Source: Aggregatilineales bacterium
GTDB taxonomy: Bacteria; Chloroflexota; Anaerolineae; Aggregatilineales; Phototrophicaceae
DNA: 64,000 bases
NCBI GenBank assembly: GCA_963668265.1
Contig: OY764157.1
Location: 2,568,528-2,632,527, forward strand
Direction of reading: 5' to 3'
Of the stretch, positions 18,355 through 27,392 are shown piece by piece; position 1 is the first letter of the stretch; each line of letters begins with the position of its first letter. The position numbers were made by a program, and so were the translations under genes. The notes under the pieces were generated by a model. It searched no databases. It was not told where the DNA came from and saw only the letters and a program-made list of their open reading frames with translations.

Positions 18355-21300
18355 TTGAAACGCTATTTCAATGTAAAGAATTACGCGCGCACGCCGGAGA
18401 TTCAGGAGCTGCCCTCGCTGATTGACATCCAGAAGCGGTCTTTTGAAGACTTCTTCTACGGTGGGCGGCTCAAAGAGCTCTTCGACGAGATCAACCCAAT
18501 CGAGAGCTTCAACGGCAATCTATCGCTGTACTTCCCGGGCAACAATCCGGAGGCGGAAGAATTCGACTTTCGCGAGCCGCCGGCCGAGCATCACCCCTAC
18601 CGGCTGCTCAGCAAGAGCGCCCGGCCCAAAAAGGGCTTGCAGATTTACATGCAGATGCCCAAGTACGACGAGGACGAGTGCATTGAGCGCGACATGTCGT
18701 ATTCCGCGCCGCTGTATGTCCAGGTGGCCATGGTCAACCACGAGCAGGGCGACGAGATCATCCGCCAGAATATCTTCCTGGGCGAGTTCCCGCTGATGAC
18801 CCAGCAGGGCACCTTCATCATCAACGGCACGGAGCGAGTCGTCGTCAGCCAGTTGATTCGCTCGCCCGGCGTGTATTTCGACGCGGAAGAAGAGCGCGCC
18901 ACCGGCCGCACTCTCAGCAACGCCAAGCTCATCCCCGATCGCGGCGCCTGGATGGAATTCGAGACTCGCAAGACGGATTACATCACCATCAAGTTCAACC
19001 GCAAGCGCACCATCCCGGTGACGGTGCTGCTGCGCGCGCTGGCGGCTGTCGAAGATGGCTTGCCCAAGACCAAATCGCCCATCAAGAGCGGCGAGGACGA
19101 CGAGATCCGCAAGCTCTTCGCCGATGTGGACAACAACGAGGCGCACCGTTACATCGAAAGCTGCATCAAGAACGAGCCGAACTGGGAGCCGAAGAAGAAA
19201 CAGACGATCGCGGAAACGGCTCTGATCGAGTTTTACAAGCGCATGCGCCCGGGCGACCCGCCCACCCTGGATAACGCCCGCGAATATCTCGAGAGTCAGC
19301 TCTTCGACCAGCGGCGCTATGACCTGGAGCGGGTGGGGCGCTACAAGCTGAACCAGCGGCTGGGCTTGCAGGATGTCGTCGATCTCTCGCATCGCACGAT
19401 CGCCAAAGCCGACATCGTCAAGCTGGTCGAGCAGATGATCCTCATCAACAACGGCAAGCGCGCCAAAGACGACATTGACCACCTGGGCAACCGCCGCGTC
19501 AAGACCGTCGGCGAGCTCATCGGCAACAAGCTGCGCATCGGCTTGCGGCGCATGGAGCGGGTCGTCAAAGAGCGCATGTCCATCCGCGAAGCCGAGCAGC
19601 TGACGCCGGTCTCGCTGGTCAACATCCGCCCGATCGTGGCCGCTGTGCGCGAATTCTTCGGCTCGTCCCAGCTTTCGCAATTCATGGAGCAGACGAACCC
19701 GCTTTCGGAGCTGCGGCACAAGCGCACCTTGTCCGCTCTCGGTCCCGGCGGCTTGCGGCGCGAGCGGGCCGGCTTTGATGTGCGCGATGTGCACCACAGC
19801 CATTATGGTCGCATCTGCCCTATCGAGACGCCGGAGGGCCCAAACATCGGGCTCATCGGCCGGCTGGCCAGCTACGCCCGGGTCAACGACCTGGGTTTCA
19901 TCGAGACGCCCTACCGCAAAGTGGCGTCGGCTCTGGAGCTGGAAGATCCGCGCTTGCCCGGGCGGCTGCTGGGCGACGATGTGGAAGTGGAGCTGATTCT
20001 GGAGAGCGGCACCGAGATTGACGCGCCAGTCCTGGAACGGCTGCGTCTCTTCGGCGACGCCGTCGGCGATGTGCCCGTCCTGGCGAAGAACGACGCCGTG
20101 TACGCCGCCTACGCGCGCATCGCTGAATTGAGCGGCGACGAGAGCCTGGCGGAGACTCAGCGCGACTTTGAAGAATTCGCCCGCAGAGCCAATGGCGAAT
20201 ACGCCCGGCTGGATAGCGCTGTCTTCGAAATGCGCTTGAAGGGCAATGCCTTTGACTGGGACGAAGCCGGGCGCTGGCAGGAGCTCTTCCGTCGGCGGCT
20301 GGGCGAGATCGCCGATGTCTACGACGCCTATGGCGCGGCGCGGCGTGAACTGGAAGTGGCTGTGGCGCGCTTGCGCCGCGTCGTCGAATTGCCCGCCGAG
20401 CAAGAAGCGGCCGCCGATCGCATCCTGGCGGTGATGGCTGGCTACGGCGACGAACGCCCGGCCCTGGAACAGGCGCTGCGCAACTTCAACAATGCTCTCG
20501 TCGAGATCGCCGCGCTGGAGAGCGACGACATACCCAAGAACCTGCGCGATCGGCTCGGGCGCTGGGGCAAGCGGCTGGTCAATTTCCCGCCGCAATTGAA
20601 GGCGGTCTTGTCCAACCAAGCGATCGCCCGGGAATCGCTGGCGACTCTCGCCAAAGCCGACGCCCTCAGCGAAGAGGTCATCGTCTTCCGGCCTGTCGGC
20701 GACGACTTGCTGGGCGAACAGCTCGGCAAGAGCCTCAGCTGCGAAGCCATCATCCTGGACGAGGGCGACGCCATCGACGAGGCCGCGCTGGATGTGGCGC
20801 GACGCCACGGCCTGCTGGAGCTGCCGGTCGCGCCTTTCGCCACCCGCGAGATCGCCTACCTTTCGGCGGACGACGAAGACCGCTTCATCATCGCCCAAGC
20901 CAACGCCCGCCTGGACGAGCGCGACCAATTCATCTCCAATCGCGTCTCGGCTCGTCACGAGCAAGGCTTCTTGACGACGGCGCCGCGGAGCATCGATTAC
21001 ATGGATATCGCGCCGCGACAAATCGTCGGCATCAGCGCCGCCTTGATCCCCTTCCTGTCGCACGACGCCGCCAACCGCGCCTTGATGGGCTCGAACATGC
21101 AGACCCAGGCCGTGCCCCTGCTGCAGCCGGATGTCTCCGTCGTCAGCACCGGCATGGAGAGCCAGGCGGCTTACAACAGCGGGCAAGTGCTCGTCTCCGA
21201 GGTCGAGGCGGAAATCCTCAGCGTGCAGGGCCACCGCGTCATCGCGCGCAAAAAAGACGGCGAAGAAATCGCTTTCCTGCTGCGCAAATACGAGCGCTCC

Positions 21301-23118
21301 AATCAGTCGACCTGCATCGACCAGCGGCCCGCCGTGCGCAAGGGCGACTGGATCAAGCCGGGCGATGTCATCGCCGACAGCTCGTCGACCTACAACGGGC
21401 ATCTGGCGCTGGGCCACGATGTGCTGACCTGCTTCCTGTCCTGGGACGGCGGCAATTATGAAGACGCCCTGCTGGTCAGCGAAGACATGCTGCGCAACGA
21501 CAAGTTCACCAGCATTCACATCGAGAAGCACGAGATTGAAGCCCGCGACACCAAGCTGGGTCCCGAAGAGATCACTTACGACATCCCCAATGTCGGCGAA
21601 GAAGCGCTCAAAGACCTGGACGAGCACGGCATCGTGCGCATCGGCGCCGAGGTGGGACCAAACGACATCCTCGTCGGCAAGATCACGCCCAAGGGCGAAA
21701 AAGAGCTGTCGCCGGAAGAGAAACTGCTGCGGGCGATCTTTGGCGAGCAGGCCCGCGAAGTGAAAGATTCGTCGCTGCGGCTGCCGCATGGCGATCGCGG
21801 CAAGGTGATTGACGTCAAAGTTTTCACCCGCGACGAGCACCCGGACCTGCCGGCCGGCGTCGAGAAGATGGTCCGCGTCAGCGTGGCGCAGCGCCGCAAG
21901 CTCACCGTCGGCGACAAAATGGCGGGGCGGCACGGCAACAAGGGCGTCATCTCGAAGATCGTTTCCGTGGCTGATATGCCTTATGTCGATGGCGGCTTGC
22001 CAGTCGAGATCATCCTGAACCCCCTGGGTGTGCCCAGCCGCATGAACATCGGGCAGATCCTTGAGCTGCATCTGGGCTGGGCGGCCGACCGTCTGGGCTT
22101 CCGCGCCGTCACCCCCGTGTTCGACGGCGTCCAGGAACAAGAGATCCAGGCTGAACTGGGCCGAGCCTGGCTTATCGACTGGGCCTGGCAGCGGACCACC
22201 GAGCGCGCCTGGGAAGATCACGAGCGTCTGGCGGGCAGGGCGGGCATCACCCGCGAAGAATTCGACGACGACATGCATGTCATCTGCGCCTACCTGGTGG
22301 ACCGGGTCGGCGACTCCGGCCGCTATGACAACGAAGCCATCATCCTCGAGCGCGACGAGATTTTCGTGCGGCGCGTCGCCGTGGCGGAGATGCTGCGCGA
22401 ACAAGGCTACGACCCGGACGAGGTCATGGTCTACGACAACAGCGAAGTCTCCATTGAAGAGCGCGACAAGCGAGACAAGAACGCGGTCGAAGCGTCGATT
22501 CGCCTCTGGATCGCCGAGCACCGCGCGAGCGAGCTGAAGCTGGCGGATTCGCTGTCGACGCGCGAGCTCTTCAATATCGCCGACCGCATCATGTTCGAGA
22601 CGGGGCAGCCCGTGCCGCATTACGGCAAGATGACCTTGTACGACGGCCGCACGGGAGAGCCCTTTGACCGGCCGGTCGCCGTCGGGTATGTGCACATGCT
22701 GAAACTGGCGCACCTGGTGGAGGACAAAGCCCACGCCCGCTCTACGGGTCCCTACAGTCTGGTAACGCAGCAGCCTCTGGGCGGCAAGGCGCAGTTCGGC
22801 GGGCAGCGTTTCGGCGAGATGGAAGTCTGGGCGCTGGAGGCTTATGGCGCGGCGCATATCTTGCAAGAGATGCTCACCGTCAAATCGGACGATGTGCAGG
22901 GCCGCGTCAAGACTTACGAGAGCATCGTCAAAGGCGAGCCGATCGAAGAACCGGGCATCCCGACGAGTTTCCGCGTGCTGGTCAAAGAGCTGCAGAGCCT
23001 GGGCTTGTCGGTGGAAGCCATCACCGGCGCCGGCGATGTCATTCACTTCGGCAAGTACGACGAGCAGACTCGCCGCCCGCAGCCAGAAACCGGCTTGCTG
23101 GGCCTCCGCTCTGGCTAA
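18355..23118 (+). CDS. rpoB: DNA-directed RNA polymerase subunit beta, unusually long (1587 aa)
   Basis: TTG start 7 nt after AAGGAG (18342-18347). Rif region [34 protein letters not shown], then [34 protein letters not shown] and [10 protein letters not shown]. Confidence 0.95.
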   Translation: MKRYFNVKNYARTPEIQELPSLIDIQKRSFEDFFYGGRLKELFDEINPIESFNGNLSLYFPGNNPEAEEFDFREPPAEHHPYRLLSKSARPKKGLQIYMQMPKYDEDECIERDMSYSAPLYVQVAMVNHEQGDEIIRQNIFLGEFPLMTQQGTFIINGTERVVVSQLIRSPGVYFDAEEERATGRTLSNAKLIPDRGAWMEFETRKTDYITIKFNRKRTIPVTVLLRALAAVEDGLPKTKSPIKSGEDDEIRKLFADVDNNEAHRYIESCIKNEPNWEPKKKQTIAETALIEFYKRMRPGDPPTLDNAREYLESQLFDQRRYDLERVGRYKLNQRLGLQDVVDLSHRTIAKADIVKLVEQMILINNGKRAKDDIDHLGNRRVKTVGELIGNKLRIGLRRMERVVKERMSIREAEQLTPVSLVNIRPIVAAVREFFGSSQLSQFMEQTNPLSELRHKRTLSALGPGGLRRERAGFDVRDVHHSHYGRICPIETPEGPNIGLIGRLASYARVNDLGFIETPYRKVASALELEDPRLPGRLLGDDVEVELILESGTEIDAPVLERLRLFGDAVGDVPVLAKNDAVYAAYARIAELSGDESLAETQRDFEEFARRANGEYARLDSAVFEMRLKGNAFDWDEAGRWQELFRRRLGEIADVYDAYGAARRELEVAVARLRRVVELPAEQEAAADRILAVMAGYGDERPALEQALRNFNNALVEIAALESDDIPKNLRDRLGRWGKRLVNFPPQLKAVLSNQAIARESLATLAKADALSEEVIVFRPVGDDLLGEQLGKSLSCEAIILDEGDAIDEAALDVARRHGLLELPVAPFATREIAYLSADDEDRFIIAQANARLDERDQFISNRVSARHEQGFLTTAPRSIDYMDIAPRQIVGISAALIPFLSHDAANRALMGSNMQTQAVPLLQPDVSVVSTGMESQAAYNSGQVLVSEVEAEILSVQGHRVIARKKDGEEIAFLLRKYERSNQSTCIDQRPAVRKGDWIKPGDVIADSSSTYNGHLALGHDVLTCFLSWDGGNYEDALLVSEDMLRNDKFTSIHIEKHEIEARDTKLGPEEITYDIPNVGEEALKDLDEHGIVRIGAEVGPNDILVGKITPKGEKELSPEEKLLRAIFGEQAREVKDSSLRLPHGDRGKVIDVKVFTRDEHPDLPAGVEKMVRVSVAQRRKLTVGDKMAGRHGNKGVISKIVSVADMPYVDGGLPVEIILNPLGVPSRMNIGQILELHLGWAADRLGFRAVTPVFDGVQEQEIQAELGRAWLIDWAWQRTTERAWEDHERLAGRAGITREEFDDDMHVICAYLVDRVGDSGRYDNEAIILERDEIFVRRVAVAEMLREQGYDPDEVMVYDNSEVSIEERDKRDKNAVEASIRLWIAEHRASELKLADSLSTRELFNIADRIMFETGQPVPHYGKMTLYDGRTGEPFDRPVAVGYVHMLKLAHLVEDKAHARSTGPYSLVTQQPLGGKAQFGGQRFGEMEVWALEAYGAAHILQEMLTVKSDDVQGRVKTYESIVKGEPIEEPGIPTSFRVLVKELQSLGLSVEAITGAGDVIHFGKYDEQTRRPQPETGLLGLRSG

Positions 23119-23146
23119 GGGGCGCCGCGGCTAAGCTGTACGGCGG

Positions 23147-23179
23147 GGCGCGGGCACAGTCTCGCGCCTCTTTTCTTTT
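23147..23179 (+). terminator. intrinsic terminator after rpoB
   Basis: Stem GGCGCGGG/CTCGCGCC (8 bp including one G-U), loop CACAGT, followed by TCTTTTCTTTT. Confidence 0.55.
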
Positions 23180-23226
23180 GGCGTCGAACAAGTCTCGGCG
23201 GAAATCTGGATGGGGAGGGGCGGTCA

Positions 23227-24360
23227 GTGCGCGCCAAGCTGCTCACAGCGCTCGCGGCGGTCCTCCTCACTGTAGTCGCCCTGGAGCTAGGCCTGCGCTA
23301 TTACCTCGGCCACCATGGCGATGAGCGGCAGAAAGTCTTCTATCTGTATTCGCGCGAAGAGATTCAGCAGCGGGCGTCGCTCCTGCAGGGCTTGGCGTTC
23401 CTGAATTATGGCTTGACGCCGGACCGTGGCGATGTCAACAGCCTGGGCTATCGCGGCGAGGAAATCGCGCAGCCGAAACCAAGCGGCGTCTACCGCATCG
23501 TCGCCCTTGGCGGATCGACGACATACGGCTTGTTCCTCGACGAATGGTGGCTGACTTACCCGGGCCAGCTCCAGAGTATGCTCCGCAGCGACTACGGCTA
23601 CGAACATGTGGAAGTGATCAACGCGGGCGTGCCCCAGTACTCCACTTGGGAATCGGCGGTGAATCTGCTGCTGCGCGTGCCGGATCTGGCGCCGGACATG
23701 GTCATCGTCTACCACGCCATCAACGATGTCGGCGTGCGGCTGAGCGACCCGGAGTTTTACGACGGGCTGGACACGAGCAACGGTTACTGGCGCGAAGCGG
23801 ATTATCCGCTGCCGCCCAGCGTGCTGCTGCGCTATGGCTTGCGCAAGCTGGGCAACGACCTCGACATCGCCTATTCCTTGAACACGGTCTTTCGCGGTCC
23901 GGCGGGCGCGCGCAGCTGCGAGCCGGATCACAGCGGGCCGGAAACGGTCTGCCGCGGCTTTGGCATGACAGCCCGCGAGACCCTGGCAGCCAATCCGCCA
24001 GTCTACTTCGAGCGCAACCTGCGCAACATGATTTTGCTGGCGCGGGGCATGGGCGCAAGGCCGCTGCTGCTCACCTGGTCCTACTCGCCGCTGGATTTCC
24101 CCATCGAGGGCGGCGGCGGCATGGTCCACGCGCACCTGCGCGAAGGAGCGGACGAACACAACGCCATCATTCGCCGGGTCGCCGAAGACGAAGCGACTCT
24201 GTTCTATGATTTGGCGGCGTCGATGCCGACTGAGGAAGCGTACTGGGTCAACGGCATTCACATGAAAGCGACCGGCACGGGGGAGATGGCGCGGCAGCTG
24301 GCGGCTTACCTCGATTCTACGGGGATACTGGCGCCTGGGGCTGGGGCGGGCGCGGATTAG
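23227..24360 (+). CDS. membrane-anchored SGNH/GDSL-like hydrolase
   Basis: GTG start after GGGGAGGGG. N-terminal TM LLTALAAVLLTVVAL. Block I-like IVALGGSTTYG, block III-like YHAINDVG, block V-like NGIHM. Confidence 0.6.
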   Translation: MRAKLLTALAAVLLTVVALELGLRYYLGHHGDERQKVFYLYSREEIQQRASLLQGLAFLNYGLTPDRGDVNSLGYRGEEIAQPKPSGVYRIVALGGSTTYGLFLDEWWLTYPGQLQSMLRSDYGYEHVEVINAGVPQYSTWESAVNLLLRVPDLAPDMVIVYHAINDVGVRLSDPEFYDGLDTSNGYWREADYPLPPSVLLRYGLRKLGNDLDIAYSLNTVFRGPAGARSCEPDHSGPETVCRGFGMTARETLAANPPVYFERNLRNMILLARGMGARPLLLTWSYSPLDFPIEGGGGMVHAHLREGADEHNAIIRRVAEDEATLFYDLAASMPTEEAYWVNGIHMKATGTGEMARQLAAYLDSTGILAPGAGAGAD

Positions 24361-25142
24361 CTGAAGCGCTGTTCGCGCGCGCGATCCAGCACGGCGCGGA
24401 CGATCTCGCGAAGCTCCGCCTCGGGATAATGCTGTGGCAGCAGCGCCGAGCCGGGACCCGTGGCCGGGAAGCGCTTTTGCAAGGTCTTCGGAATCAGCTC
24501 AAATCCAGGTTTGCCGCGTCCAGATTTGGCAAGCGCTTCTCGGACCTCGGGCGACTGTCGCCTAAGCCATCTCAAGACAGCGCGCCGCAGCTGAATGGAA
24601 CGCAGCGCAGAGCGACGGTACAGTTGGTTGGCGTTATTGAAATTCCAGCCGAAGACTTCGCCCGCGTCGTGCAGTTGCTGGTGTCGCAGCCAATAGCCAA
24701 TTTCGAGGAAGTCGTAAAGGCGGTCAAGTCGCTTTGAGTTGCGATTCGTTCGCCATTGCTTTTTTCGGCTGGGAATCAGCGCCCGCCAGCGCGGCTCTCG
24801 CTCGAGGTCGTGGCAGACGCCATGCCAGGCTTTGGCGGTCAGGGCCTGCCAGAGCAGGAAGCGCTCTTCGCCCTGCATCGCCTCGTGCCGCAGGATGCCG
24901 CTGATGTGAACCGCGCGCCCCAGAACCCAGACCTGCTCGAAGGAATTGAAGCGCGGCTTGTCGTCCTTACGCGCGGTGATGAGAGTGAGCGCGTGCCAAG
25001 CCATGTCGAGCAAGTCGTCCAGACGTTGGTCGAGGGCTTCGGCCGCGTCGCGGTGTTCCTCGGCGCTGATGAAGTAGGGGCGCCCCGTGCGGACGACGCT
25101 GCCGAGGACGCCGTCGCTGTCGCTCCAGATGAGGGCGGGCAT
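24357..25142 (-). CDS. hypothetical protein C of the orphan operon (261 aa, Arg/Trp-rich, apparently helical)
   Basis: Uninterrupted ORF. Its ATG shares one base with the stop of the upstream gene (TAATG at 25140-25144). No family recognised. Contains RHQQLH (an R-x4-H string). Confidence 0.6.
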   Translation of the reverse strand: MPALIWSDSDGVLGSVVRTGRPYFISAEEHRDAAEALDQRLDDLLDMAWHALTLITARKDDKPRFNSFEQVWVLGRAVHISGILRHEAMQGEERFLLWQALTAKAWHGVCHDLEREPRWRALIPSRKKQWRTNRNSKRLDRLYDFLEIGYWLRHQQLHDAGEVFGWNFNNANQLYRRSALRSIQLRRAVLRWLRRQSPEVREALAKSGRGKPGFELIPKTLQKRFPATGPGSALLPQHYPEAELREIVRAVLDRAREQRFS

Positions 25143-26746
25143 TAGGATGCCTCCAGGTTGAAGATCTCGAGCATGATCGCGACCGTTTCGCGGCGAGTCT
25201 GTCCGAATTCGGTGGCCGATTCCTTTAGTTCGCGGCTCAATTGTTCCAGCTTTCGGACATAGCGTTCTCTGAGCGGGTCTGTCTCATCGCCGCTTTCGTC
25301 AAGCAGCTGCTGGAAGTTGCCTTCATCATTATTGCCTTCCAGCGGCCGCATCGCCCACTCAAGCAGGCCGTGCGCGCTGACTTCGGCGATGAAGGCGTTT
25401 TTGCCTTGCAAGGGTCGGCGCTGGCGCTGCACATCGCGTAACTCTTGGCGCAGCGGGTAGTCAGCGGCGTATATCAGCTCTGTCAGATCGGCGTTCATCT
25501 TCCACATTTCAATCTGCTTTCCACTGTGGTCAGGCTTGATTTCGAAGGGCAGATCATTCTGCTTCCTGCTTGGATCCTGCTGAAAGTAGAATATATCGCT
25601 GCTGTAAGCGACGCGTTCACCATCTTCGGCAAAGAGTTTAGCCTTCAACTGGTATTTCCCAACTGACTCGGGCATCCGCAGCTGTCGGATTCCGTCCAAA
25701 GGCAGAGGCGCGTTCTTATTCGGATCCAAGAGCTGGAGTCTCTCCAAAAGCAGTGTCTGCGGTCGTGGCGCGTCGCCGGCGGGCGTCGCATCCAGTTCGA
25801 TCGGCGACTTTCGCTCCAGGGTCTCATCTTCCAGAAACGCGTTGAACAGAAACTTGCCTGCCTCGACCGCGCGATTGCGGGCGAAGACATGGATGAGCAG
25901 GGTCTCGCCATGGTCGACCCGTTTCTTTTCGCCGTCGCTATTGTTGACCGCTTTCGCAGACAAGGTTACTGGCCTTTTCGCTGGTGGGGGCGGCGGCTCA
26001 GTCTGCACATACAGCGACCGGGAAGCGGATTTGAGGCGGGTCTCGCCGCGCGCGACTGTCGCACGCAGCTTGTATTCGCCCGGTTCGGAACACGCGATCT
26101 GCTGACTGTGACTCGCTTTGCCGCGAATGATCTGCCAAGCGCCGAGGTCAACTTGCTGTCGAGCGCGTCCATTGTGCCATTCGGGCTTGATCGCGCCCTG
26201 TTTGCGCGCCAGGACCTCGCTGTTGCCGTCGGAGTCGACACATTCCAGAAGCAGGTCGGCGGCGGCGGTCAGCTCATTGGCTGGCTCAAACTCAATTTCG
26301 GCGCACACATTTCGCACCGACTGACCCCAATCGACGCGCGCGCTGGCTGGAGCGGGATATTCGAGATTAAGCTGAGCCTCCCAGATGATGCCTGGGTTGT
26401 CCGCGCCCGGCTGTGACCCATTGCGTCTCTGCTTCCGCCCATTCGGATTCAAGAATGTCTCCAGGAATCGCGTATGCGTCCGTCGTTCGCGCTCGCTGAC
26501 CGGCTCAACGGAGATCGGTCGGGCGGCTTCCCAGCCCATTGCCGCGCTGAACTCTCGAACCTTGTCATCCAAAGCGCCGTCAATCTGGCGGACGATACCC
26601 TTTTCTTGCCATGATTTAGTTCCCTTCCGCCAATATGGCCAACTCTCGCTTCCGCCGCGAGCCGACATTCCGCGAATCGGGAAAATCCGTCCGCAGCGCA
26701 TAGAATCCCTTGCTGGCGGGGCGGACGAAGCGCTTTTCCGCTTCAT
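25142..26746 (-). CDS. hypothetical protein B of the orphan operon (up to 534 aa; start uncertain)
   Basis: Long ORF with lower GC. In-frame ATGs at 26746, 26701 and 26668 overlap gene A; the ATG at 26539 does not. Contains two similar beta-strand-rich modules, a PPPPP linker and a helical acidic C-terminus. Confidence 0.6.
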   Translation of the reverse strand: MKRKSASSAPPARDSMRCGRIFPIRGMSARGGSESWPYWRKGTKSWQEKGIVRQIDGALDDKVREFSAAMGWEAARPISVEPVSERERRTHTRFLETFLNPNGRKQRRNGSQPGADNPGIIWEAQLNLEYPAPASARVDWGQSVRNVCAEIEFEPANELTAAADLLLECVDSDGNSEVLARKQGAIKPEWHNGRARQQVDLGAWQIIRGKASHSQQIACSEPGEYKLRATVARGETRLKSASRSLYVQTEPPPPPAKRPVTLSAKAVNNSDGEKKRVDHGETLLIHVFARNRAVEAGKFLFNAFLEDETLERKSPIELDATPAGDAPRPQTLLLERLQLLDPNKNAPLPLDGIRQLRMPESVGKYQLKAKLFAEDGERVAYSSDIFYFQQDPSRKQNDLPFEIKPDHSGKQIEMWKMNADLTELIYAADYPLRQELRDVQRQRRPLQGKNAFIAEVSAHGLLEWAMRPLEGNNDEGNFQQLLDESGDETDPLRERYVRKLEQLSRELKESATEFGQTRRETVAIMLEIFNLEAS

Positions 26747-27155
26747 CCCGCCGATTGTCGTCCTGGATCATCCGCGCCACCAGCGAAGCGGCCGCGTCCT
26801 TACCACGGATGACCGCGCCACGCCGCTGCAGCTCCTCCGCCAGGTCGCGGTAGTGCATCGGCTCTGCCTGGCGCTCTCGCAGCACCGTCTCCGCCATGTC
26901 CAGCAGCTCGGCCGTGGGCGTCGCCCCGGGCTTGCCCCGCGCTCGCCGCCGTGCCGGTTCGCCATCCGATGGCGCCTCGAGCGACAGCAAAGCCTCGACA
27001 TGCCCCAGCCGCGCTTCCATTATCCGTCGCTCCCGCTCCTTGACCTCAATCTCCTTGTCAAGACCATCGATCGCTTCTCGCAGGCGTTCACGCTCGCGCT
27101 GCAACGACATGTCAAAGTCTCGACGTTGATCCGGGCCATTTTGTGTTGCTGTCAT
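26616..27155 (-). CDS. coiled-coil plus HARE-HTH (winged helix) DNA-binding protein A of the orphan operon
   Basis: AGGAG 6 nt before the ATG. Charged heptad-like N-terminus (LQRERERLREAIDGLDKEIEVKERERRIMEARL). C-terminal LDMAETVLRERQAEPMHYRDLAEEL...GKDAAASLVARMIQD...RFVRPASKGFYALR fits the HARE-HTH pattern. Confidence 0.6.
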   Translation of the reverse strand: MTATQNGPDQRRDFDMSLQRERERLREAIDGLDKEIEVKERERRIMEARLGHVEALLSLEAPSDGEPARRRARGKPGATPTAELLDMAETVLRERQAEPMHYRDLAEELQRRGAVIRGKDAAASLVARMIQDDNRRDEAEKRFVRPASKGFYALRTDFPDSRNVGSRRKRELAILAEGN

Positions 27156-27188
27156 TGTCTGCTCCTGTTATCTATCTGCGTTCGTATG

Positions 27189-27217
27189 ATAATATATTAT
27201 GACGAAGCAGGAGTCAA
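27189..27217 (-). promoter_or_regulatory. candidate sigma-70 promoter of the orphan operon (TTGACT-N17-TATTAT)
   Basis: Read on the minus strand: -35 at 27217-27212 and -10 at 27194-27189, about 35 nt upstream of the gene A ATG, inside an AT-rich spacer. Confidence 0.4.
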
Positions 27218-27264
27218 GTATTGTATTATGCGTACATTATGATTTCATCAACAAGACTGTTATG
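27196..27264. repeat. four copies of (A/G)TTATG in the AT-rich spacer
   Basis: ATTATG at 27196-27201, 27225-27230 and 27236-27241, and GTTATG at 27259-27264. The second and third copies are 11 bp apart. Confidence 0.6.
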
Positions 27265-27392
27265 AGTATTGTCTAGCTCGCGTGGGGCGGAGGCGAGGCT
27301 CTGGCGGCGCGGGAATTCGAGGGATCGTCCGAGTCATTCTGGCGGCTCGCCGCCGGTCGCGAATCGGCCGACCAAATCAACTTCAGTCTTGC

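Noticed and set aside
19924-20856. The rpoB insertion considered as an intein or mobile insertion
   Set aside because: There is no Cys/Ser/Thr junction residue plus His-Asn pair, and no LAGLIDADG or HNH endonuclease motif. The composition and codon usage match the host gene, so it looks like a lineage-specific domain.
18520-23046. 1508-aa ORF on the minus strand opposite rpoB
   Set aside because: The plus strand encodes an unmistakable RpoB. Long stop-free antisense frames are expected at this GC content, and the translation is Arg/Ala/Gly-rich low-complexity sequence.
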